Shown here: piece after piece, positions 31,027 to 39,392 of the stretch
Numbering within the stretch: the stretch's first letter is position 1
Layout: each line of letters opens with the position of its first letter
From: a virus
Reading direction: 5' to 3' (one strand)
Virus record (IMG/VR): IMGVR_UViG_3300030098_007301
Location: 64,001 to 128,000 of that record
Length of the DNA: 64,000 nucleotides
Notes under the pieces: generated by a model
Told to the model about the DNA's origin: nothing
The model's database searches: none
Seen by the model: the letters and a program-made list of their open reading frames with translations, nothing else
Position numbers and translations under genes: made by a program

Positions 31027-31626
31027 TTAGCCTTGAGTGAAGTCGAACTTAACCAAAACCGAACCGTCCGCATCCGGACCGCCCAAGGTTCTGCCGATTC
31101 TATTTTGAAGAGATTTGTTGCCGTAAGTGGTAAGTTTACCATTTCCAGTAGCAAAAACATCTACATTGATTGCGAGAGGAGTAGCAGCGGCGTTGCCCTG
31201 ATTCCAAGCTCCAGTTGCCGTAAGGAAAAGTCCTTTCGTACAAACCGGTACAGCCTGACCAGTCAACACAGCCTGAAGCTCAGCAGCTTTACGCGGATTG
31301 AACTTCAATGCTTCACCGTTTTCATCAAACTCTCTAACGTCGTAGAGAGTGATGCCTAATGCAGCTTCGTCAGCACCACCATCGGTGAACTCAACTTCAG
31401 CCGTGACTCCATACCGTTGAGAAACGGTATTGTTGTAACTAGCACCGACGTCACCAATAAATTCAGTTTCTTGGTCGTTCTGCCAACCAGTCTTAACCTT
31501 AACGACTGATCCAGCTTGAATCACGTCGCTTGTGCTAAGAGTGACGGCGTCATCTCCAAAAGCGAAAAGATTGATAACTTCGTGCTCACTATAATCCCTA
31601 AAGGGCATTAATCTTTCGTTTGCCAT
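31027..31626 (-). CDS. Head decoration / cement protein
   Basis: 199 aa beta-rich ORF between scaffold and capsid genes (ALGITLYDV...GQAVPVCTKG...IGRTLG); AGGAG RBS. Confidence 0.65.
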   Translation of the reverse strand: MANERLMPFRDYSEHEVINLFAFGDDAVTLSTSDVIQAGSVVKVKTGWQNDQETEFIGDVGASYNNTVSQRYGVTAEVEFTDGGADEAALGITLYDVREFDENGEALKFNPRKAAELQAVLTGQAVPVCTKGLFLTATGAWNQGNAAATPLAINVDVFATGNGKLTTYGNKSLQNRIGRTLGGPDADGSVLVKFDFTQG

Positions 31627-31642
31627 AATAATTATCTCCTAT

Positions 31643-33169
31643 TTATTTTGTAAACACAAATCCATCCATGGCAAAAGCCTTGCCATATTTTTCCATAATT
31701 GTTGGTTCTTCAGCAGGAGCAGAAGTCGGGATGTTTACGGGTTCCGTCTTTGCATTATCTACTGCGCTCTCAACAACGTCCTTAACTGCAGAAGCAGAAG
31801 CCTCGGCAGGTGCTGGCTCCTCAGCGGGAGCCGGTTCTTCAGCGGGAGCCTCGGCAGGAGCTTCAGCCGGAGCTGGATCTTCCGCAGGGGCCTCTTCCTC
31901 TTCGTCAGCGTGAGCCTTTGTAGAGAGAAGAACTGACAGAGTCTTGTCCAATTCAGCAAAAGCTTCATCGTCGAGGTCTCTGATTTGAGCGGCGATTACC
32001 TTGCGGTCTTCATCCGTCAACTTAAAACGCTCGTCGTAAGAAGCCATCCTTTGATTGAATGCCTCTAGTGCTGTAGCTTCAGCCTTTTCAGCCTCAAGCT
32101 TTTCTAATTGAGCTACTACATCTTCTAACTGCGTCTTCAAGGAATCATGTTCCTTGGAGAGCGTCTCGTGCTTTTCACGAGCCTCGTTCAAGGAATCCTC
32201 TTGTTCAGTCTGCTTAGAAGTGTATTCTTCCGAGGCTTTCTTAAGGCTTTCCTGAATAAACTCATGAATAGCAGAAGCAGTCAAAGTCTGCAGAGACTCA
32301 TCCGTTATGTCTTTTAGATTTTCTATTTTCATAGCTTCTACTTTCTTTGTTTTTACAGTATTTTCTGGATTTTGGGAAATCGTTTCTTTTTCAAGATCCT
32401 CATTCGCCAAAGCTTTATGTTCTTCAGTTCCTTTTTCTGTAAGTACTCCTTGTACATCAGCGGCTGGATTAGCGGTTAAACCAATACCAAGAGGAACTAC
32501 ATTATTGATAACTTTTCTATATATATTCGAGTTATCATCAAATTTTCCTTCGCCACCAAAACCTTTTAGCTTTGATGCGTATTTCTCAACCTCTTCAGGA
32601 TCAGAAATTTCTAGCGCGTTTTCTATATTCTTTTCGTCAGCTTCTAAAACGACTAAATTATATTCATTAAAACCTAATTCCCAACTAGCACTAATACCCA
32701 TGTATTCTTCACTAGTAGGATCACTTGAACTCTCAATTTTGTCGGCGAGGTTTTGGTCAACAACCTTCCACACTACTCCTCCAAGAGTAACATTGAATGG
32801 TTCTTTAAGATCTTTAACTTGATTTTTAGTTAGTGGTTCATCACTTCCAAAACGTGAAAAACCCGCGGTAAGAATTGTTCCTACAACGGATTTTCTATTA
32901 TGCTCAATGTTAATGGGCTTGTTTTTAAAGTTGTCATACATTGCAATAGCCGTCTCAGTATCAACAACATCTCCGTTTTTGTTAACACGATTAGCGACAA
33001 ATGCATTAAAAGCAACAGGAAGAAGATCGACGTTTTTCTCTACGTCAACCTCTGGCAAAAACTTTTCAAGTTCAACCATGGAGGCTAATGCTAAATATTT
33101 ATCTTTTTCTTCCGAGACTACCGGTTTTATCACCGAACTAAAAGTAGTGGTATATTTCCAGTTTTTCAT
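31643..33169 (-). CDS. Prohead protease fused to scaffold (alternative start 33187)
   Basis: N-terminal NKNGD...KPINIEH...SASWE...GIGLTANPA protease-like motifs; C-terminal acidic coiled coil and an EAPAE low-complexity linker. Confidence 0.75.
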   Translation of the reverse strand: MKNWKYTTTFSSVIKPVVSEEKDKYLALASMVELEKFLPEVDVEKNVDLLPVAFNAFVANRVNKNGDVVDTETAIAMYDNFKNKPINIEHNRKSVVGTILTAGFSRFGSDEPLTKNQVKDLKEPFNVTLGGVVWKVVDQNLADKIESSSDPTSEEYMGISASWELGFNEYNLVVLEADEKNIENALEISDPEEVEKYASKLKGFGGEGKFDDNSNIYRKVINNVVPLGIGLTANPAADVQGVLTEKGTEEHKALANEDLEKETISQNPENTVKTKKVEAMKIENLKDITDESLQTLTASAIHEFIQESLKKASEEYTSKQTEQEDSLNEAREKHETLSKEHDSLKTQLEDVVAQLEKLEAEKAEATALEAFNQRMASYDERFKLTDEDRKVIAAQIRDLDDEAFAELDKTLSVLLSTKAHADEEEEAPAEDPAPAEAPAEAPAEEPAPAEEPAPAEASASAVKDVVESAVDNAKTEPVNIPTSAPAEEPTIMEKYGKAFAMDGFVFTK

Positions 33170-33171
33170 TT

Positions 33172-33642
33172 TTAAATTTCCATCCAATGAGAAGCTATAG
33201 CGTTGTTAATAGCTTCTTTTCGTGTTTCGATATATAATTCGTCCACACTATTAAAATCAATTTCAAGATTATAATGATTTAAATCTTTTCTAGCGGCGGA
33301 AATGTCTAAATCAAATTGCTTCCCTTCTGCTATATTCAAGAATTTGTTTACGTTAGCCATGCACCATTCCCCTAAAGTACATTCCATTTTTTCGTTATAA
33401 GCTTCTTCGGCCGCTTTATATGTTTCAATTAATGAATCAACCCTTAAACGTTTGGAGCTTTTCTTAACCTTGTCCTTGAAGCAATTAATTAGATCAGCAG
33501 AAAAAGATATAAGTTTGTCTTCCTCTTTTTGGCTCTCGACAACCTCTTCATTTCTTGCATAAACATCTATCAAATTAGTTTTCTCTTTCGAGAAGTCGGC
33601 GTCATAAGACACGTCAAAATCTAATTTGTTTAAATCGTCCAT
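33172..33642 (-). CDS. Hypothetical protein (head operon leader)
   Basis: 156 aa; GTGTA motif at 33658-33662; abuts the protease gene. Confidence 0.65.
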   Translation of the reverse strand: MDDLNKLDFDVSYDADFSKEKTNLIDVYARNEEVVESQKEEDKLISFSADLINCFKDKVKKSSKRLRVDSLIETYKAAEEAYNEKMECTLGEWCMANVNKFLNIAEGKQFDLDISAARKDLNHYNLEIDFNSVDELYIETRKEAINNAIASHWMEI

Positions 33643-33679
33643 TGTTACTATATATTCTACACCCTTTTTTACAAAAATG

Positions 33680-33718
33680 GAAAAAAGAAAGCTCCAGACC
33701 CTTAGGCCCAGAGCTTCC
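33680..33718 (-). terminator. Rho-independent terminator after the lysis cassette
   Basis: AAGCTCTGGGCC-TAAG-GGTCTGGAGCTT stem (G-U pairs work on the minus strand only) followed by TCTTTTTT. Confidence 0.85.
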
Positions 33719-33739
33719 TCATAAGTAATTTATATTGGA

Positions 33740-34042
33740 TTACTTCTTGCCGATAGTAACCTTCTTGTCCCCTCGTCCTACAGATACACCGGGAAATTCC
33801 CAATCAAACTTGAAGTAAGGAAGTTTAAAGGTTATGCTCTGCTTGCTGCATTTAAAATCAAAGGAAGCCGAAACGTCCTTTCCTGCACAAACAGTTGGTA
33901 ACGGAGTTTTTACTCCAAGGAATGGAATAGTTAGATGCGGATCAGGCTTAACACCTGCGCCGAACCATTTTTCCTTTTTTTCTCCTGCGTTGACGCTGGA
34001 AACCAGCCCAAGCAGCACGATCATTACAATAATGTTCTTCAT
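33740..34042 (-). CDS. Small secreted protein
   Basis: 100 aa; signal peptide MKNIIVMIVLLGLVSSVNA; two Cys. Confidence 0.65.
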   Translation of the reverse strand: MKNIIVMIVLLGLVSSVNAGEKKEKWFGAGVKPDPHLTIPFLGVKTPLPTVCAGKDVSASFDFKCSKQSITFKLPYFKFDWEFPGVSVGRGDKKVTIGKK

Positions 34043-34044
34043 AA

Positions 34045-34296
34045 TTAGTTATTGTCTAGGTTTTCCAATTCAAGCTTTGCAGCTTGATCTGAAATTGTTT
34101 TCAAAGCGTCTCTGGTAAATTCTGGTACATGTTCCCAAGCTTTATCAATCTGAGGGTGAGTCATCATCCTTTGGACGACATCTTGAGGAACTTGAGGGAT
34201 TGATATTACGTCAGTCTTTGTCGTCTTGCATCCGCTGACGAGACTTAGCAGCGCGAAAAGCGCGATCAATTTCGTTTTGAGTATCTTTCCAGTCAT
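34045..34296 (-). CDS. Lipoprotein, putative o-spanin (Rz1-like)
   Basis: Lipobox LVSG-C; overlaps the 3' end of the upstream gene in another frame. Confidence 0.65.
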   Translation of the reverse strand: MTGKILKTKLIALFALLSLVSGCKTTKTDVISIPQVPQDVVQRMMTHPQIDKAWEHVPEFTRDALKTISDQAAKLELENLDNN

Positions 34297-34420
34297 TCTT
34301 TACCTGCTCTTTTTTATCTCTTTTTATCTTATCAACTTGTTCATCATAAGACAAAGTTTTTTTGTCTAATACGCTAAACAAAGAAGCAAGAATATTTAAG
34401 ATATTTTTGAGCCAAGACAT
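34211..34420 (-). CDS. Putative i-spanin (Rz-like)
   Basis: 69 aa; N-terminal hydrophobic/amphipathic helix followed by a coiled coil; lies between the holin-like gene and the lipoprotein. Confidence 0.55.
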   Translation of the reverse strand: MSWLKNILNILASLFSVLDKKTLSYDEQVDKIKRDKKEQVKNDWKDTQNEIDRAFRAAKSRQRMQDDKD

Positions 34421-34626
34421 TATTCGGCGGGTTTATCTTCTGCGGGAGCTGCGGCTTTTTGAGCCTCAGAAGTAACTCCTTTTCGAAGAAATACCACCAT
34501 TAATGCTGCAAAACAGCTTTGAATAGTTGTTGTGAGATCTACCTCTCCAGCGAAATACGCGCCGAGAGCCGTCAAGACCGCCGCACCTGCGGTGAAGAAG
34601 GTCTTTTTGCCTGAAAGTGCTTTCAT
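34420..34626 (-). CDS. Putative holin
   Basis: 68 aa; GKKT motif, two TM helices, charged C-terminal tail; GTGTA motif at 34639-34643. Confidence 0.65.
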   Translation of the reverse strand: MKALSGKKTFFTAGAAVLTALGAYFAGEVDLTTTIQSCFAALMVVFLRKGVTSEAQKAAAPAEDKPAE

Positions 34627-34650
34627 ATCAAATCTTATTACACTATAAAA

Positions 34651-35157
34651 TCAGTTCATCCACTTTTTTTTGATCTTTTCGACGTACTCGTAACTGTCTG
34701 AAATTGCAGCTACATAGTCTTTCCCTTTGAACTCAACGAAGGAGTCCATAGTGTATTTTAAAACTTTTTGAATTTGCATAGCTGACATTTGAGCAGCCAT
34801 ATCCTCGGCGAAAAAAGAAGCTAAAGTGAAAAAATATTGAGCGTTTTCTTCATTATGTTTCCTTGGAATCTTAGTTTTGATTCTTTCCGCCATCATTATC
34901 CTTGGATAAAAAACCCCAAAAAAGTCTGCGATATAATTCTTATATTTTTGATTTATGGTTTTAGCTTCCTTATTTATCAATAGCTTGATGAATAGAGGGA
35001 AGGATAATTCGAGTAATTCTTTTCTTGTGAGTCTTTTGCTTCCTAACTGCTCAAGAACCAAATCCCCATCTTCCTTCTCCTCGAAAAGAAGATGGGTTCT
35101 CTCCTTAGTTAACTTTGTTTTCTTGCTTAGAAAACTAATGTCGCTGACTGTCAGCAT
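34651..35157 (-). CDS. Hypothetical protein
   Basis: 168 aa helical ORF downstream of a structured leader; no family recognised. Confidence 0.6.
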   Translation of the reverse strand: MLTVSDISFLSKKTKLTKERTHLLFEEKEDGDLVLEQLGSKRLTRKELLELSFPLFIKLLINKEAKTINQKYKNYIADFFGVFYPRIMMAERIKTKIPRKHNEENAQYFFTLASFFAEDMAAQMSAMQIQKVLKYTMDSFVEFKGKDYVAAISDSYEYVEKIKKKWMN

Positions 35158-35159
35158 AA

Positions 35160-35292
35160 TAAAAGTGGCTCACCCTTTTGTTTTTTTGCTACCGTCGCCA
35201 TCAGCTGGGTGAGGCTCTACTCGCTCGCTATGAGCCAAGTAGTAAATATGTTGCGCCGACTTTGATTAAAGGTAGCTCAAGTTGCAACTACT
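35160..35292 (-). ncRNA. Candidate structured RNA / 5' leader (family not recognised)
   Basis: GC-enriched intergenic segment with several helices (GCUACC/GGUAGC, CUCACCC/GGGUGAG, CUACUUGGCUC/GAGCGAGUAG); GTGTA motif just upstream. Confidence 0.5.
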
Positions 35293-35302
35293 CTATTTAA
35301 AT

Positions 35303-35307
35303 TACAC
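35303..35307 (-). promoter_or_regulatory. GTGTA putative late promoter element driving the structured RNA
   Basis: ATAGTGTAAT, identical to the best copies, but 145 nt from the next ATG. Confidence 0.55.
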
Positions 35308-35313
35308 TATTGT

Positions 35314-35342
35314 TTGACATAATTCCAAATTACCCTTAAAAT
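35314..35342 (+). promoter_or_regulatory. Host sigma70-type promoter for the glycosyltransferase
   Basis: TTGACA (35314-35319), 17-nt spacer, TAAAAT (35337-35342); ATG at 35351. Confidence 0.7.
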
Positions 35343-35350
35343 ATTTGCAC

Positions 35351-36004
35351 ATGAAGAATGTTATTTTTGCGATTCCGGGAAGAGAGTTTTCGGGGAAATT
35401 TTTAAATTGCTGGACTGATACTTTGCTTAAATGCATTAAGAATGGAATCAACCCGCTGCTCTCTAATAAATATTCTTCAATGGTTAGTTACGCGAGGTGT
35501 TTGTGTCTCGGCGCTGACGTAAGGCGCGGTATCCACCAAAAACCTTTTGATGGTAAAATCGATTACGAATATATAATGTGGATCGATTCAGATATAGTTT
35601 TTTCTTTTGAACAAATTCAGAAGTTAATGTCTTACGATCAAGATATAGTTTCTGGAATTTACAAAACTGAGAACGGGCAGAACTTCGCTTGCGTTAAAGA
35701 TTGGGATCAAGAGTTTTATAAAAAGAACGGCTCATTTTACTTCTTGCAGCAACAGGATGTTGCTAATCATAAAGGTTTGATGGAAGTTGATTATAACGGC
35801 ATGGGTTTTATGTTAATTAAAAAAGGCGTATTTGAAAAAGTTGAATACCCATGGTTCTGCCAACTTAAAAAACAAATAGGCGATTTAGAAGATTATTGTT
35901 CTGAAGACGTTGCGTTTTGCCATCTAGCTCAAAAAGCTGGATTCAAAATTTTTATTGATCCGCAGATTGTTGTAGGTCATGAAAAAATGAGGATATTAAC
36001 TTGA
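35351..36004 (+). CDS. GT-A fold glycosyltransferase (GT2-like)
   Basis: IMWIDSDIVF DxD motif, GMGFMLIKKGVFE, SEDVAFC, VGHEK. Confidence 0.85.
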   Translation: MKNVIFAIPGREFSGKFLNCWTDTLLKCIKNGINPLLSNKYSSMVSYARCLCLGADVRRGIHQKPFDGKIDYEYIMWIDSDIVFSFEQIQKLMSYDQDIVSGIYKTENGQNFACVKDWDQEFYKKNGSFYFLQQQDVANHKGLMEVDYNGMGFMLIKKGVFEKVEYPWFCQLKKQIGDLEDYCSEDVAFCHLAQKAGFKIFIDPQIVVGHEKMRILT

Positions 36005-36367
36005 TTTAGGGTAAGTGGCTTTTACGCCACTGCAACTCTGAAACCATTGAGAGCTCTTGGCGCTTTCGCCGAAAACTCCTGACTGTATATCCCAATAAAG
36101 CATATCTAATTGATCCGAAACTGGGGCATACCCTGACACCGCTTCAACTCGTTGATTTTTATACTGCGCAGCTTCTATTTCTGCCTCTATAATATCCCAC
36201 GTAGACTCAAACTCTTCCTTTGATTTTAAAGGCGCGTTTCCCGTAGGCCAATTTGCAGCTAAGTCTTCGTATGTATCGTCACTAGTTGAACAAGGACCCC
36301 ACCATGTTTTAGGTCCGACATAATATCCCAATCTTCTTAGGACAAGTGGTAAATGCATTTTTCCCAT
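35996..36367 (-). CDS. Putative tail-fibre assembly / associated protein
   Basis: 123 aa following a fibre gene; YAPVSDQLDMLYWD...VKATYPK motif of a kind found after aquatic phage fibres. Confidence 0.6.
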   Translation of the reverse strand: MGKMHLPLVLRRLGYYVGPKTWWGPCSTSDDTYEDLAANWPTGNAPLKSKEEFESTWDIIEAEIEAAQYKNQRVEAVSGYAPVSDQLDMLYWDIQSGVFGESAKSSQWFQSCSGVKATYPKSS

Positions 36368-36386
36368 AATTATTTATATATGTTTA

Positions 36387-39300
36387 TCAAGCTACTCTCC
36401 AAATTTGTACGCTAACATAAGTGTCGTAATCGTAATCTATTCCTGCAATAGGACTAGTACTACCACCTTCTAAAGGCCTTCCTCCTCCATAAGTGTTTGT
36501 CTCGGCTAAGTTTGCCCAGTGGTAAGCTACTAGCTTGTGGCCGTTCGTGGTAATAGCGAAAGTACCTTCGGACATAGTTACTGCTGAATTAAGAGTTGAA
36601 TTACCCCTAGCACTCATAGGTGCTGACAGCATTAATTGGTTGCTATTATTTACATTAGCTAAATTTATTTGTTGTTCATCTATATCATAAGCTACAGCCC
36701 AAACTCTAGCGTAATAAGTTCCCGCTTGCAGGGTGATCTGATTGCTGCCTAAGGAAGCCCAAGCACTAGCGGTGGTATAATTGTTTACAACGGTAGTATT
36801 TAAAATTCTAGTGTTCCATTGCCCCCCAGAAAGAGCCCCTCCTGAACTTCCGTCATTATAACGTTGAGCAAATAATGCGTAGTCACTATAATTTAAAAGG
36901 CCTCCTGCCCATTCGGCTGTCCCTGCGCTTGCATACGCTAAGAATTTAAGGTCGGCGCCGTCTGCCGGTATATGTTTATATCCGTTTGCAGTGCTGTGCG
37001 ATATTGTTCCGCTAGTGGTTATAGTGCCGCCGGTTATAGCACCGGAAGTTGCTACTGAAGTAACTGTGCCGCTTCCTCCGCTAACGGTTTGCCAAGTATT
37101 ATCTCCTCTTAAAAATTTAGTTGTTATTGATGAGCCGCTACCCAATCTAGCGGCGGCAACTGTGCCGGAACTAATATTACTACCATTTAAACTTGTTAAG
37201 CTCGCGCCGCTTCCACTAAATGTTGTAGCAGTGGCTGTGCCGGTAATAGTGACCCCTGCACCAGTTGTTTCGAATTTCTTTATATTGTCGTGAAAGATAT
37301 CAACCCCAGCATTACCACGAGCTATTATAGCGTCTTCCCCGCCTTGGGTATAAATAAATACATCATCTGCGCCTCGGATAACTACATCATCGTTTTCTGA
37401 TGTTACATATAAATCACCTGTAGTGGTTCCCTGAATATAACTATGTGAACCATCGTGGTAAATTTCCAGATCATTACCAGTTCCCATTATAATTTTTTTA
37501 TTGTCTACGAACTTTAATTGACCTGAGCTTAATACCATTTGGTCAGCGTTAGCTATTCTAAAAGAGACAGTTTGACCAGAAGCTGCGTTAAAGTAACTTC
37601 CTCCATCGGCGTCTTGTAGGACGGCATATTTACCTTCTACATTACCTAAAGCTCTATGCCCAAATGCGGCAAAACCAGTGTAGAACATTTTGCCAATTCT
37701 AGCTTTACCTATAAGGCCAAATTCGTCAGCATTCCCCCCGACTTCAAGTAACGCAGCTGGATCTGTAGTACCAATACCGACGTTACCGTCACTCTGAATC
37801 CGCATTCTCTCTGCCGTAGTCCCCGGCGAACTAGTCCCTCCTGCTCCAGCCCCAAAGCTTAGTCCATAATTATTTGAATCTCCATTAAATTGTACATAAC
37901 CTTGGTAAGTGCTGTCTGTTTTAGCCTGCAAACGAACTCCTGCACTTGTCCAATCTGTTCCTGCGCTTTTACGTACATACTCCTCGAGTAAATACATAGT
38001 ATTAGAACCAACGTCAGACTGGGAACGGATCGCAACCGAAACGTCACCAGAAGAGGATCCTAAGTCGGTAGACTCAATATCTAATTTCCCATAAGGTGAT
38101 GTTCTACTTATCCCAAGATTACCAGCGTCATCAAGAGTCATTCGCCCATTAGAACCGCCAGTTCTAAAATCCAAGTGGTCCGAAGTATCGAGCTTAATTC
38201 CTGCTGTTGCAGTACCATCTGCATGTGACCAATATAATCCTGTATTATTCGGAAATCTTGCTTCTTTTTTGAAGTCCCAAGTACCGCTAGTAGAGTTAAC
38301 AACCTCTGTCCCTTCTGCGACTAATGATAAATTATTTGTACCAATACCGCCGATAACAGCTTTATCTGTATCCCATGTTAATGTTCCGTGAGCAGCTCCA
38401 GAACCCCATTGGACTACTCCATCTGCGCTAACATAAAACCTAGTAGTGTTCGCTGCATCATTTAAGACGTTAAATTGGCCACATACGCTCAGGTCATGAC
38501 CGCCACTTCCTGCATTTTTAAATGTAGTTACATAATCAGCACTCGAAGATGATCCTAAAAATTGATATGCCCTAGCCCCCGTAGATTTCCAGTCAATATA
38601 ATGAGCGGTAGAGTTATCGTTATAAAATCTAAAAAACCCTGTGTTGTTGGCTCCGTTACCAAGAACCAGATTGTTGTTACTGGTTATTGTTAAGGTTCCC
38701 GTAAGGGTAACAGGATGTAACAAACTAATAGCTGAAGTGGTGAACGAAAAAACATTTGTGGAACCAGCACCTATTATTCTGTTGTGATCGCCGTCTACCC
38801 AGAGGCGAAGGCTACTGCCTCCCGTGTTGACAGTTGCAATTCCATCCGCATTTGTGTTGGCATCTTGTCGGTTTTCTATTGTCCCAAACCCACCATTGGC
38901 GGTGGCATTAACCAATAAACTGCTACTTGTGCTAACTATTCCACTAAAATTTCCAGCTCCAACGACCTCAAGTTTTCTTTGTCCCGGATCGGTTGTCCCT
39001 ATACCAACATTACCGTTAGAGTTAATAGCCATCCTAACACTTGTGCCCGGGACCCCAGATGAATTAGAAATTTGAAATATAGAGCTCGACGACCTATCTA
39101 TCCCCACCTCCCAGTTAGCGGCATTATCCCCAAATGAAATATACGGGTCATTATTTGTAGAGAAAATTCGGAGCCTTGTAGCGCCACTACTTTTAGTTAC
39201 AGTCAAGTCTCCCGTAAAGGTTCCGTCTGTACCAAAAAAAGCCCCATTATTTCTAACATTAAGAACGGTAGCCCCAGATTGGTTTAATAAGTTCAGTAAT

Positions 39301-39392
39301 ATATTATCAACAAGATCATTACCACCTTTTGCGGTCAGAGCTACAGCAGACCCTGCTGCCGAAGTTACAGTTGTATTTACTAATGATGCCAT
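36387..39392 (-). CDS. Fibre protein (1001 aa) with a C-terminal beta-sandwich tip
   Basis: GNVGIGT modules, a DLEIYHDGS module, and a C-terminal GG...WNTRILNT...NQITLQAGTY domain. Confidence 0.8.
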   Translation of the reverse strand: MASLVNTTVTSAAGSAVALTAKGGNDLVDNILLNLLNQSGATVLNVRNNGAFFGTDGTFTGDLTVTKSSGATRLRIFSTNNDPYISFGDNAANWEVGIDRSSSSIFQISNSSGVPGTSVRMAINSNGNVGIGTTDPGQRKLEVVGAGNFSGIVSTSSSLLVNATANGGFGTIENRQDANTNADGIATVNTGGSSLRLWVDGDHNRIIGAGSTNVFSFTTSAISLLHPVTLTGTLTITSNNNLVLGNGANNTGFFRFYNDNSTAHYIDWKSTGARAYQFLGSSSSADYVTTFKNAGSGGHDLSVCGQFNVLNDAANTTRFYVSADGVVQWGSGAAHGTLTWDTDKAVIGGIGTNNLSLVAEGTEVVNSTSGTWDFKKEARFPNNTGLYWSHADGTATAGIKLDTSDHLDFRTGGSNGRMTLDDAGNLGISRTSPYGKLDIESTDLGSSSGDVSVAIRSQSDVGSNTMYLLEEYVRKSAGTDWTSAGVRLQAKTDSTYQGYVQFNGDSNNYGLSFGAGAGGTSSPGTTAERMRIQSDGNVGIGTTDPAALLEVGGNADEFGLIGKARIGKMFYTGFAAFGHRALGNVEGKYAVLQDADGGSYFNAASGQTVSFRIANADQMVLSSGQLKFVDNKKIIMGTGNDLEIYHDGSHSYIQGTTTGDLYVTSENDDVVIRGADDVFIYTQGGEDAIIARGNAGVDIFHDNIKKFETTGAGVTITGTATATTFSGSGASLTSLNGSNISSGTVAAARLGSGSSITTKFLRGDNTWQTVSGGSGTVTSVATSGAITGGTITTSGTISHSTANGYKHIPADGADLKFLAYASAGTAEWAGGLLNYSDYALFAQRYNDGSSGGALSGGQWNTRILNTTVVNNYTTASAWASLGSNQITLQAGTYYARVWAVAYDIDEQQINLANVNNSNQLMLSAPMSARGNSTLNSAVTMSEGTFAITTNGHKLVAYHWANLAETNTYGGGRPLEGGSTSPIAGIDYDYDTYVSVQIWRVA

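Noticed and set aside
31780-31915. GC-rich EAPAE repeat as a mobile or foreign insert
   Set aside because: It is an in-frame low-complexity Pro/Ala/Glu linker typical of scaffold proteins; its GC content follows from the amino acid composition.
35190-35215. Hammerhead ribozyme or fluoride riboswitch (GCUGAUG)
   Set aside because: The sequence is CUGAUGG rather than CUGAUGA, with no suitably placed GAAA core or fluoride 5' consensus. It is kept only as an unclassified structured RNA.
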